NCBI GenBank assembly: GCA_963733915.1
Contig: CAVTEP010000003.1
Span: forward strand, 3,757-67,756
Source: Candidatus Sulfomarinibacteraceae bacterium
GTDB taxonomy: Bacteria > Acidobacteriota > Thermoanaerobaculia > Thermoanaerobaculales > Sulfomarinibacteraceae
Length of the DNA: 64,000 bases
Direction of reading: 5' to 3'
The notes beneath the pieces were generated by a model. It saw only the letters and a program-made list of their open reading frames with translations. It ran no database searches and was not told the DNA's origin. Positions 1 to 8,555 of the stretch are shown here, piece after piece. The translations under genes were made by a program, and so were the position numbers. Each line of letters opens with the position of its first letter. Within the stretch, counting starts at the first letter, position 1.

Positions 1-66
1 GCCGTTCGCCAACCACTGCAGGAGCTCCGCGAGGTTCATGGTCTCGAGGTTGCCGGTGATCCCCAT
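1..66 (-). CDS. 5' end of a gene running off the left edge; N-terminus MGITGNLETMNLAELLQWLANG resembles the start of a DUF4388 (PatA-N type) domain
   Basis: own reverse-strand translation from ATG at 66-64; only 22 codons visible; not in ORF track. Confidence 0.35.
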   Translation of the reverse strand, partial: MGITGNLETMNLAELLQWLANG

Positions 67-312
67 GAGGCGCCTCGGACCTATCGAGGAAGACGCCGGG
101 GAAAACCGGCGGCTCCAAAGAGAATACGCGTCAGCGGCAAGAATGCCACGCGATAATAAACTCTGAGGCTCAGGCAGGGGGGCGGATTACGCCGCGGACA
201 ATCACTCATCTAGCTTCGAAAATATCCCAGTCCGCGGCCACTGTCCACGGGCGTGCCCCGGCGGACGGCGGAAATGACAGAGTGACATCGGGGGCCCGGG
301 ACTCGGCCGCCG

Positions 313-2073
313 TCAACCTGCCTCCGGCAGGTCGACAAAAAACGTCGTCCCCACCCCGACTTCCGTCTCGAAGAAGATCGTCCCTCCGAGCTCCTCCATG
401 ATGGCCTTCGAGATGCTCATACCGAGCCCGATCCCACTGCGGTGCCGCCAGTCGGCGTTGTCGCCGCGCGCGAATTTCTCGAAAACCTGGTCGCGAAAGT
501 CATCGGCGATACCGGGTCCCAGATCACGTATTGCAACTCTCAGGCGTTCTTGGTGACGTTTCGCCGTTACCGTCACCACTGCGCCGGCCGGCGAATACTT
601 GGTGGCGTTGGAAAGCACGTTGGCAAAGACCTGGATCAAGCGATCAGAATCGACCCGCGCCTTCGCACCGGGAATCGATTCCTCGAGCTCGATTCGTACC
701 TGGAACCTGGAGGCGTAGGCGGACGCGCTCTCGATCGCCTGTTCGAGGAGAGGCATCAGCTCGACCAACTCGAGGTGGAACTGCATCCGCCCGGCGTCAA
801 GCTTTCGGGAAGCCAGGAGGTCGTTGACAAGCCGTTCCATCCGCTCGCTGTTGCGCATGGCGATTTCCACCAGCTCGCGTCCGCGATCAGAGAGGTCACC
901 CGCAACGCCTCCATCGAGGAGGCCGATCGCGCCCCGTACGGCAGTCAGCGGGGCACGCACTTCGTGGTGGACCATCGTGACGAACTCGTCCTTCTGGCGC
1001 TCCACCTTCAGCCTCTCCGAGATGTCGGCGGCAACCACCACGTATCCCGTTCTGCCGTGGCCCGGCGGCGCGTTCATCGCGGCAACCGACACCATCACAG
1101 GAACGACCTCGCCGCCCGTGGCGAGGAGCTCGGTCTCGAGACCGTGCACCGACCCTTCCGGGCCCACGGCGTCGAGCAGCGAAGTGTAACCTTCGGGCGC
1201 CCGAAACACATCCCGGCAGTTCCGGCCCAGGAGTTCGTTCTCCGCCACTCCCGTCAGATTGCAGGCCGCGTGATTTACCCGGTTGATGGCGCCTTCCGGA
1301 CCGGTCACCAACAGGCACTCGCCCATGGTGTCGACGACGCGGTCGAGAAAGTCTCGCGACACTGTCGTGTCGCGGAGCTTTTTCGTCATTTCGTTGAAGG
1401 CTTCTGCAAGCTGGCCCACCTCGTCGCCCGTCCGCACCGGCACGCGGAGCGCGAGTTCGCCTTCGGACACTGCCCGAGTCGCCTGAATTATTTCCTTCAG
1501 GGGACGCGTCACCGCCTCCGTGAGCAAGGCGGCTGCGAGGATTCCGAGGAGAGCGAACACCGCCCCGGCAAGGGCAGTCCGGCGCGAAAGCGCCGCCTGG
1601 TCCTCGGCGAGCCCGGCGAGCGAGTACTGAAGCTGCACGCCACCCAGGAGACTTCCGCCCAGACGGACAGGCTTGGTGACCGTCATGAGGTCACCGTTGA
1701 ATTCGACAAGCAAAGCTTCCGAGCCCTCGACATGCCGACGGGCGGCCTCGCCGATGAGCCCGTGACGGCGGGGGTTGTCGATCGTACCGTCGGTCAGGAC
1801 CCGGCCCTGTTCGTCAAAGACCACCGCTCCCAGGACGTTTTCCTGAATGAGCGCTTCGGCAATCATCCCCCTCAGGTCCCGCACCTCCAGCAGCGCCAAC
1901 GAGTTGGTGGCGTTGGCCGCGGTGACGGAGGCCATGAGTTTCCCCCGCTCCTCGAGCTCGTGACGCAGCCGATCGTTTTGTACCCGCACCGCGAGCGCCG
2001 TCAGCACAACGCCAAGCGCAATCACGATCGCCGACACGAAGGCGACGAAACGAGTCCTCAGACCCAGACGCAC
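313..2073 (-). CDS. membrane sensor histidine kinase (TM, extracytoplasmic region, HAMP, PAS, HisKA, HATPase_c)
   Basis: ORF 313..2220; H-box HHEVRAPLTAVRGAIGLL, N and G boxes NVLSNATKYSP, RDLGPGI, GIGLGMSISK; start trimmed to GTG at 2073 to avoid overlap with upstream gene (2220 is the alternative). Confidence 0.9.
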   Translation of the reverse strand: MRLGLRTRFVAFVSAIVIALGVVLTALAVRVQNDRLRHELEERGKLMASVTAANATNSLALLEVRDLRGMIAEALIQENVLGAVVFDEQGRVLTDGTIDNPRRHGLIGEAARRHVEGSEALLVEFNGDLMTVTKPVRLGGSLLGGVQLQYSLAGLAEDQAALSRRTALAGAVFALLGILAAALLTEAVTRPLKEIIQATRAVSEGELALRVPVRTGDEVGQLAEAFNEMTKKLRDTTVSRDFLDRVVDTMGECLLVTGPEGAINRVNHAACNLTGVAENELLGRNCRDVFRAPEGYTSLLDAVGPEGSVHGLETELLATGGEVVPVMVSVAAMNAPPGHGRTGYVVVAADISERLKVERQKDEFVTMVHHEVRAPLTAVRGAIGLLDGGVAGDLSDRGRELVEIAMRNSERMERLVNDLLASRKLDAGRMQFHLELVELMPLLEQAIESASAYASRFQVRIELEESIPGAKARVDSDRLIQVFANVLSNATKYSPAGAVVTVTAKRHQERLRVAIRDLGPGIADDFRDQVFEKFARGDNADWRHRSGIGLGMSISKAIMEELGGTIFFETEVGVGTTFFVDLPEAG

Positions 2074-2110
2074 CCGGCCACCCTTCGTCGACCCAGGGGA
2101 AAATCGGTGA

Positions 2111-3061
2111 TCACTGTCCGAGATCTTCCTCGACGTATGGCAGGAACTCCATGATGCCCGCGAGATCCTGCTCGGCGCCGTTCGGGAAACGGTCGAACTT
2201 GGTGGTGCCTTCGAAATCATCGAGAATCATGCGACCCTCGTCGGTGAGGTGCATTTCGAGCAATACGCGTTCGATGGCTCGAATCACCTCCGGGCCGAGG
2301 CTCGATCGGACGCAAACCACGTTCCGCGGCACCGCTTCGGTTGTGGAGAGCACCCGTAGCTCGTCGACCCGGCTCCCGGCCAGAGGCTCGAAGTAATCCG
2401 CATTGAGGGCGCCGGCGACGACCTTCCCCTTGAGGACCCAGAACATCGTGTTCTCGGCGTCGTTGGAGAATATATACCCGACGCGGTTGGCCGGAATGGA
2501 TGCAGCCGGGTCTTCGTAATTGACCAATCTCAAACCCGAAGACGCCAGCGTCGCCTTGGGCATCAGGAACCCGGAGGTCGAGAACGGCTCTCCAAAGGCG
2601 ACGGTGTGCCCCAACAGCCCATCAAGGGTCGTAATGCCGCTGTCTTTGCGGGTGAAGACGACGCTGCGATAAGAGTCCGAGCCCCATTTCCAGCGTCGCA
2701 GTGGAATCTGGACATCGGCATGATTACGAACAAAGGCTATCGGAAATGGACTGTCAAAGTAGATGTCCACCCGCCCGGCCTCGAGCGCCTCGACCATTTG
2801 GCTGAGCGAGTTGACCACCACGACGCGGCCCCTTCCGATCCCGACCGCTCCGAGCTTTGAGGCGACGTAGCCTGCAAACGGCCGGAAAAGACCATACTCC
2901 TGGGCGGGGTTGAGGGACACCGATCCAAAGCTGAGCACGCCGGCGGCATCGGCTGCGCCGCCCGGTGGTTTCACCGGACCAGGATCAGGCGCCGGACCGC
3001 AACCGGCGGCGGTCAATAACACGCCGGACACGGCCAGTGCCAGCAACCCCCTCGGCGCCAC
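2111..3061 (-). CDS. PhnD-like (phosphonate-type) periplasmic substrate-binding lipoprotein, probably a sensor partner
   Basis: ORF 2111..3061; lipobox LLTAAGC; overall similarity in my reading to PhnD/SsuA-type binding proteins; sits between GGDEF regulator and kinase. Confidence 0.75.
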   Translation of the reverse strand: MAPRGLLALAVSGVLLTAAGCGPAPDPGPVKPPGGAADAAGVLSFGSVSLNPAQEYGLFRPFAGYVASKLGAVGIGRGRVVVVNSLSQMVEALEAGRVDIYFDSPFPIAFVRNHADVQIPLRRWKWGSDSYRSVVFTRKDSGITTLDGLLGHTVAFGEPFSTSGFLMPKATLASSGLRLVNYEDPAASIPANRVGYIFSNDAENTMFWVLKGKVVAGALNADYFEPLAGSRVDELRVLSTTEAVPRNVVCVRSSLGPEVIRAIERVLLEMHLTDEGRMILDDFEGTTKFDRFPNGAEQDLAGIMEFLPYVEEDLGQ

Positions 3062-3064
3062 GCC

Positions 3065-4741
3065 TCATTCCTCCTCGCCGGACAGCACGACCCGATTTCG
3101 ACCTGCCCGCTTTGCGCGGTACAAAGCTTCGTCTGCGGCCGCAATCAGTTCGTGGCTCGTCAGAGCCGCCGGATGTTCGGCCACACCGCAGCTGAGGGTC
3201 ACCGCAAACGAGCCGTGACCGGTTTCGTGCTCGACGGCGGCAAAATTACGACGTATGTCATTCATCTTGGCGACCGCGGACTCACCGTCAGTGTCGGGCA
3301 GCAGGACGACATACTCGTCGCCACCAAAACGACCCAGCACGTCGCTCATCCGTAGCCGCTGCCGCAACAGATAGGACAGCGCCTTCAGTACCTGGTCGCC
3401 GGCCAGGTGTCCGTAGCTGTCGTTGATATCCTTGAAACCGTCGATGTCCAACATCGCCACCGCCAGCTTGCCGTCGTGGCGATCTGCCCTGCGCACCGCG
3501 ACCTCGAGCTGCTCGATGATGCGGCTGTGACGGAACAGCCCGGTCAACCCGTCGCGTTCCATGAACATCCGCAAGGTGCGACCACGCTGAGCGCGAGCCG
3601 CGACCGCCGGGACAAGCTGTTCGGGAGCCACGGGCTTGGTGAAGAAGTCATCGCCTCCTTCGCCGAGCGCGGCGATTTGTTTCATGCGGTCAGTCTCGCG
3701 TGACAGGAAGACGATCGGCACGCCGACAAAGGCCTCCTCCTGACGGATGACCGCTGCCAGCTCGATTCCGGAGCAAGCCGGCATGTACACGTCCATCAGG
3801 ATCACGTCGGGTTGAAACTCGACGAGCTGAGACATGACATCGAGTGGATCGACCACGGTAACGGTCTCGAGTCCTGCGGCCTCCAGACCGGCGGCGTGCC
3901 ACTCCGCAGTTTCGGTCTCGTCCTCGACGATCAATATTCGGTACGGCTCCGGTTCGCTCCGAGTGAGACGATCTAGGGTCTCGAGCACGTCCGAGTAGTT
4001 GACCGGTTTGACGAAATAACCGCTGCATCCCGCCCGCACCGCGTCCAACCGCGCCTCGATGTCCGAACGATTGGAAACGAAGACCATCGGCACGTCGCCA
4101 AACACGTCGCGCACGGTGTTCGCGGCCTCGACCGCCAACAGCTCCCCGGTCGGCGAGGACAGGTCCATGATCACTGCCGCCGGCTTGCGGTTGATGCCGC
4201 CCGACAAGACTTCATCCACCCGTTGAAACATCTGCAGCTCGAACCCGAAATGACCAAGCTGGAGGGCCAGCTCGCGCGCAAACGGACCCTCCTGCTCGAC
4301 CACCACGATGAGGTTCCTCGGTGCGAACAGGGGCTGGTTTTTGCCCGCCACCGAGTCGAGCGCCGCCGTGTCGAACGGTCGTTCCGGATCGTCGTTGACG
4401 GCGTTTCCGATTCTTTCAAACCACTCGATGACCTCTGCGCCCATTTCGGAACTCGGTGGCCGCGAACCTTCGAGGAGTGCTACCAGAAGGCGCTCGAGGC
4501 GGCGGGCGATTTTGGCCATTTTTGCAAACCCGAGGCTGCCCGCCGTTCCTATCAGACCGTGGACCGAACGGTGGAGCGCCCGCGCGCCGTCCTGGCTCCA
4601 GCCGTCCCCCTGGATGGCGTTCCACTCGTCGACCAGCGCCTGTTGCCGCGCCGGGAACTTCTCCTTGAAATTCGAGCGAAGCCGCTGGAGCTCCTTCTCG
4701 AGCTGATCTGACGGCGCACGCGTCGGACGCTCACTGTCCAT
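3065..4741 (-). CDS. Hpt - REC - REC - GGDEF diguanylate cyclase response regulator
   Basis: ORF 3065..4741; Hpt-like HGLIGTAGSLGF, two receiver domains (IMDLSSP, ILMDVYMPACSG), GGDEF motif RFGGDEYVVLL. Confidence 0.9.
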   Translation of the reverse strand: MDSERPTRAPSDQLEKELQRLRSNFKEKFPARQQALVDEWNAIQGDGWSQDGARALHRSVHGLIGTAGSLGFAKMAKIARRLERLLVALLEGSRPPSSEMGAEVIEWFERIGNAVNDDPERPFDTAALDSVAGKNQPLFAPRNLIVVVEQEGPFARELALQLGHFGFELQMFQRVDEVLSGGINRKPAAVIMDLSSPTGELLAVEAANTVRDVFGDVPMVFVSNRSDIEARLDAVRAGCSGYFVKPVNYSDVLETLDRLTRSEPEPYRILIVEDETETAEWHAAGLEAAGLETVTVVDPLDVMSQLVEFQPDVILMDVYMPACSGIELAAVIRQEEAFVGVPIVFLSRETDRMKQIAALGEGGDDFFTKPVAPEQLVPAVAARAQRGRTLRMFMERDGLTGLFRHSRIIEQLEVAVRRADRHDGKLAVAMLDIDGFKDINDSYGHLAGDQVLKALSYLLRQRLRMSDVLGRFGGDEYVVLLPDTDGESAVAKMNDIRRNFAAVEHETGHGSFAVTLSCGVAEHPAALTSHELIAAADEALYRAKRAGRNRVVLSGEEE

Positions 4742-5126
4742 CGACTGACCTCCAGATGCCGACCACGCGTTCGGCCAGGGTCATGGGGTCGAACGGCTTG
4801 AGAATCACGTCTGCGACGCCCGTCTCAAGCAGCGCCTTGATGTCGTGCTCCGAGATCACTCCGGTCAGGTAAATCACGGGAATCGAGTCAAAGCCCGGCT
4901 TTCGCTGCAATTCCTCAAACACCTCGGGCCCGCTCATGCCCGGCATCAAAACGTCGACGATGATCAGGTCCGGCTTGAACCCGGGGAGGAGATCGAGGAG
5001 CTCACGACCCGAGCCGCAGACCGCGACTTCATAACCGCCGACGGTCTCGAGCGCGATCCTCGAAATTTCGAGAATATCCGGCTCGTCGTCGGCGAGCAGG
5101 ATTCGCTGCAAGGAAATTATCCCCAT
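4731..5126 (-). CDS. single-domain CheY-like response regulator
   Basis: ORF 4731..5126; LLADDEPDIL, DLIIVDVLMPGMSG, ILKPFDP. Confidence 0.9.
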   Translation of the reverse strand: MGIISLQRILLADDEPDILEISRIALETVGGYEVAVCGSGRELLDLLPGFKPDLIIVDVLMPGMSGPEVFEELQRKPGFDSIPVIYLTGVISEHDIKALLETGVADVILKPFDPMTLAERVVGIWRSVDGQ

Positions 5127-5191
5127 GACAGGCCATCATACACGGGTCGAAAACAGCCGCCCGCCGCCGATCACTTCGCCACCTTCGGGGC

Positions 5192-5680
5192 TCAACCGCC
5201 AGACTCGACCCGGGTCCACTCCGAGGTCCGCCCGAGCATCGATATCCCGATGAAACCGCGCACCTTGAGAACCTTGTCGCCATCACCGAACCGGACCTTG
5301 CTCTTGTACGTCTTGCCGTTGTCCGGATCGTAAATCGTGCCCTTGATCCATGTGCCCTTGCCGTCGTACACGAAGCCCTGCATGATGACGAGCCCGATAA
5401 TCGGTCGCGAGCGCAGGGCCGGGTCGGGGTTGTTGTGGTCCTCCTTGGGTACCCCGGGCTCTTCGCCCTCGTCGTCCTCGGTGTAGAGAGGCTCTTCGAG
5501 CCACACGATCTTGCCGTCGTAACGATCGCCGTTGGCATAGACCTCGATATGGGCCTGGCCGCCCCCGCCCTCGGGATCGGTGGCCCACACGCCGACAATG
5601 GCATCCCCGTCGCCGGCCATCGCCGGCAGCACCCAGAAGATGACGGCCACGACGAACACAACAGGAAGATATCGCTTCAT
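5192..5680 (-). CDS. secreted DUF2147-family protein
   Basis: ORF 5192..5926 trimmed to MKRYLPVVFVVAVIFWVLPAMA signal peptide (ATG 5680); GVWATDP...GKTYKSKVRF...LKVRGFIGISMLGRTSEWTRV. Confidence 0.75.
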   Translation of the reverse strand: MKRYLPVVFVVAVIFWVLPAMAGDGDAIVGVWATDPEGGGGQAHIEVYANGDRYDGKIVWLEEPLYTEDDEGEEPGVPKEDHNNPDPALRSRPIIGLVIMQGFVYDGKGTWIKGTIYDPDNGKTYKSKVRFGDGDKVLKVRGFIGISMLGRTSEWTRVESGG

Positions 5681-5798
5681 GATCGGACGCCTCCCTCGCG
5701 GTTTCGTTGGCCGATCATACCTTTCGCCTGCAGCTTTCACCAGCTCGACGAGCGACCCGTAGTACATTTGAATCGTGGCGATACGGCGCTCGAAATCC

Positions 5799-6297
5799 AT
5801 GGTGTCCGCCGTCCCCCGGTTTCTGATCGTGGTTTTGACTGCGACGCTGGGATGCGACGGCGTTCCCCGGCCGCCCAATTGGCCGACCTTTGATCGGGTG
5901 GCCGTGAGCGAGCACAGCATCGGCATCCCCTACGGTTCGGTCGTGGTCTTCAGGACCGCCGGACAACTGGTGGCCCTGCGGGTCGTCGACGCCTCGCGGT
6001 GGGGTTACAAGATCGAGTACGAGTGGCAGGCCACGGCCCCCGGCACCGAGGTCTTTGACGGAACAAAGCGTGAATCCGCGACAACCGAAGAGAACCCAGA
6101 GAACAACAGGTGTCGGGTCGATTCGCGCCGGACCACTTTTCCTCCAATGGTCACGCGGTTCAGAGGAGATGGGCTGGTTGTACTGGCCGGACAAGGAGGG
6201 CGAGATCAGCGTCTGCGCTGTCACCTGGGGCAGTATCGACAGCATCGATCTCCAGAACCCCGAGGTCTTTTGGTACACACGCGATATGTTTGACTAG
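5799..6297 (+). pseudogene. hypothetical lipoprotein with apparent +1 frameshift near 6171-6173 (or assembly error)
   Basis: MVSAVPRFLIVVLTATLGC lipobox in frame of ORF 5775..6293; third-codon-position GC (GC3) and protein-like sequence switch to frame of ORF 6055..6297 (WLYWPDKEGEISVCAVTWGSIDSIDLQNPEVFWYTRDMFD); removing one G of GGG 6171-6173 joins ...RFRGDG to WLYWPD. Confidence 0.5.
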
Positions 6298-6311
6298 CCC
6301 GGTATACTCCG

Positions 6312-6476
6312 GAGTTCTTGAGTTTTGAGTTTTGAGCTTTGAGTTTTGAGTTCCCGACCATCCTCCCCTACCGAAATCAGAGGGAGGGCGGGGGAATTCC
6401 GAATTCCAAATTCCGAATTCCAAATTCCTAATTCCTAATTCCTACATTCCTAATTTCTCATTCCTAGTTCGAATTG
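6312..6476. repeat. tandem-unit element E1: (GAGTTTT)x5-6, C/G-box core, (AATTCCN)x9-10
   Basis: 6312-6352 gagttcttgagttttgagttttgagctttgagttttgagtt; core 6353-6394 cctcccct..agggagggcggggg; 6395-6476 aattccgaattccaaattccgaattccaaattcctaattcctaattcct...; the two arms are not complementary to each other. Confidence 0.85.
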
Positions 6477-6489
6477 CCTGCTATCCTGC

Positions 6490-8418
6490 GTGGCCATGAT
6501 CGCGATTACCGACCTCAGCAAGGCCTACGGCGCCCAGACCCTCTTTGACGAGGTCAACCTCCAGCTCAACCCAGGCTGTCGCTATGGGCTGGTCGGCGCC
6601 AACGGCTCCGGCAAGAGCACCATCTTGAGGATCATCGCCGGCACCGAGGAGCCGAGCGGCGGCGCCGTCTCACTCCCAAAGCGCCTCCGCGTCGGCGTCC
6701 TCGAGCAGGATCATTTCCGCCTCGAGGACACTCCGATCCTCGATGTGACGATGATGGGCCACCAAGAGTTGTGGCGAGCGCTGGCGGAAAAGGACCGCAT
6801 CCTCGAGGCCTCGGCGGAGCACTTTGACGGCGAGCGCTACGCCGAGGTCGAGGACCTCGTTGTCAGTCTCGACGGTTACAGCTTCGAGGCTCGCGCCGGT
6901 GAGATCCTCGAGGGACTCGGCATCCCGAGCGAACACCACCGACGGCCGCTGGCGACCCTCTCCGGCGGTTTCAAGCTGCGCGTTCTCCTCGCCCAGGTGC
7001 TGGCCGCGGACCCCGGCTGCCTGCTCCTCGACGAACCCACCAACCACCTCGACATTCTGTCCATCAGGTGGCTCGAGAAGTTTCTCGCAACCTATCGCGG
7101 TTGCGCTCTCGTCGTCTCCCACGACCACCGATTCCTCGACAACGTCTGCACCCACATCCTCGATATCGACTACGAGACGGTCACGCCCTACACCGGCAAC
7201 TACACGGACTTCACCGCCGCCAAGGTGGCGAATCGTGAACGCAAGGAGGGCGAGATCGCGCGCCAGGAAAAGAAAATCGCCGAACATCGGGCGTTTGCCG
7301 ACCGCTTTCGCGCCAAGGCGACCAAAGCGCGCCAGGCGCAGAGCAAGCTCAAGCAGATCGACCGCATCGTCATCGAGAACCTTCCCAGATCGTCACGCCG
7401 CTACCCGGTATTCCGATTCCGCCAGCGCCGCCCGAGCGGCAAGGAAGCGCTGCGCTTGAAGGGCATCAGCAAGTCATTCGGCGACAACAAGGTGCTCTCC
7501 GACGTCGGGCTTCGGGTCCGGCGCGGCGACCGTCTCGCCATCATCGGACCCAACGGGATCGGCAAGTCGACCCTGCTCAAAATCGCGGTCGGAGACCTGC
7601 CGCCCGACGCCGGCGAGGTTCGTTGGGGCCATGAGGTCCGCGCCGGTTACTTCGCCCAGGACCACCGGCAGGCGTTCAAGGGAAGCGACGCCACCGTCGA
7701 GAGCTGGCTCGGGGCGGCCTGCGGAGGCGAAAGCATTGGCGCGGTCCGCAATCGACTCGCTCAGGTGCTGTTTTCAGGCGACGAAGTCGAGAAGCGGCTC
7801 TCCAGCCTGTCCGGCGGCGAAGCGGCGCGGCTGATATTCGCAAAGCTCGCGGTCGACCAGCCAAACGTCCTGGTCCTTGACGAGCCGACCAACCATCTCG
7901 ATCTCGAGGCCATCGAGGCCCTGGTTGCCGCCATCGACGCGTTTGACGGAACGCTGATATTCGTCTCCCATGACCGGTGGTTCGTTTCCAAGCTCGCGAC
8001 TCGCGTGCTCGAAATCACCAAAGACGGGATCAACGACTACCCGGGAACATACGACGACTACCTGGCGAGCTGCGGCGACGACCACCTCGACGCCGACGCC
8101 GTGCTGCTGCGGGTCAAACGGGAGCGCAAGGCCAAGGCGTCCACCCGGCCAACCACTGAGAGTGCCCCCGACCGCGCCGAAATCAGGCGTCGCAAGGAGC
8201 TTTCGCTGCGGCGGGATGTGGTGACCGCCGCCGTCGAAAGCGCCGAGACGAGGATCGAGGAGATCGACCAGGCGTTCTGCGCGCCCGGTTTCTTCGACGA
8301 GACCGCGGAGTCAAAGATCCGCTCGATGCAGCAGGAGCGGGACAAGCTCGCCATCGACCTCGAAAAACTCATCGCCGAGTGGGAGCAGATCGAGGCAACC
8401 CTTGAATTCGAGTGTTGA
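6490..8418 (+). CDS. ABC-F family ATPase (two ABC domains plus C-terminal coiled coil; YheS/Uup-like)
   Basis: ORF 6490..8418; GANGSGKST, LSGGFKLR, LLLDEPTNHLD, GPNGIGKST, LSGGEAAR, LVLDEPTNHLD; start GTG 6490 or ATG 6496. Confidence 0.9.
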   Translation: MAMIAITDLSKAYGAQTLFDEVNLQLNPGCRYGLVGANGSGKSTILRIIAGTEEPSGGAVSLPKRLRVGVLEQDHFRLEDTPILDVTMMGHQELWRALAEKDRILEASAEHFDGERYAEVEDLVVSLDGYSFEARAGEILEGLGIPSEHHRRPLATLSGGFKLRVLLAQVLAADPGCLLLDEPTNHLDILSIRWLEKFLATYRGCALVVSHDHRFLDNVCTHILDIDYETVTPYTGNYTDFTAAKVANRERKEGEIARQEKKIAEHRAFADRFRAKATKARQAQSKLKQIDRIVIENLPRSSRRYPVFRFRQRRPSGKEALRLKGISKSFGDNKVLSDVGLRVRRGDRLAIIGPNGIGKSTLLKIAVGDLPPDAGEVRWGHEVRAGYFAQDHRQAFKGSDATVESWLGAACGGESIGAVRNRLAQVLFSGDEVEKRLSSLSGGEAARLIFAKLAVDQPNVLVLDEPTNHLDLEAIEALVAAIDAFDGTLIFVSHDRWFVSKLATRVLEITKDGINDYPGTYDDYLASCGDDHLDADAVLLRVKRERKAKASTRPTTESAPDRAEIRRRKELSLRRDVVTAAVESAETRIEEIDQAFCAPGFFDETAESKIRSMQQERDKLAIDLEKLIAEWEQIEATLEFEC

Positions 8419-8546
8419 GTTTTGAGTGTTGAGTTTTGAGTGTTGAGTTCTGAGTTGTCCCCACCCACCCTGATCGTCCCGAGAACGGCGGAAACCCCCG
8501 AAAAACCTCCGCAACTCAAAACTGAAAACTCAAAACTCAAAACTGA
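8410..8546. repeat. tandem-unit hairpin element E2: (GAGTKTT)x7, C-rich core, (AACTSAA)x5
   Basis: 8410-8458 gagtgttgagttttgagtgttgagttttgagtgttgagttctgagttgt overlaps the ABC-F stop codon (8416-8418); core starts ccccacccaccc; 8513-8546 aactcaaaactgaaaactcaaaactcaaaactga is the reverse complement family. Confidence 0.85.
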
Positions 8547-8555
8547 CGCCGATTC

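Noticed and set aside
442-2154. 570-aa plus-strand ORF and several other long ORFs. Examples are 46633..49242 (869 aa), 40986..42356, 36704..37771, 10839..11750, 11844..12986, 15050..16465, 22713..23750 and 24645..25517.
   Set aside because: All lie antisense to, or out of frame with, genes that have clear conserved motifs. Their products are Arg/Pro/Gly-rich and low in complexity, as expected from spurious ORFs in high-GC DNA.
6160-6423. Small ORFs lying inside repeat elements (6160..6423, 8311..8514, 8440..8751, 19299..19709, 19534..1991, 59640..59846, 59685..59972)
   Set aside because: They are translations of tandem repeats and GC boxes (for example GEKEKRGKG and LKTQNSKLKTQ), have no start context, and overlap real genes.
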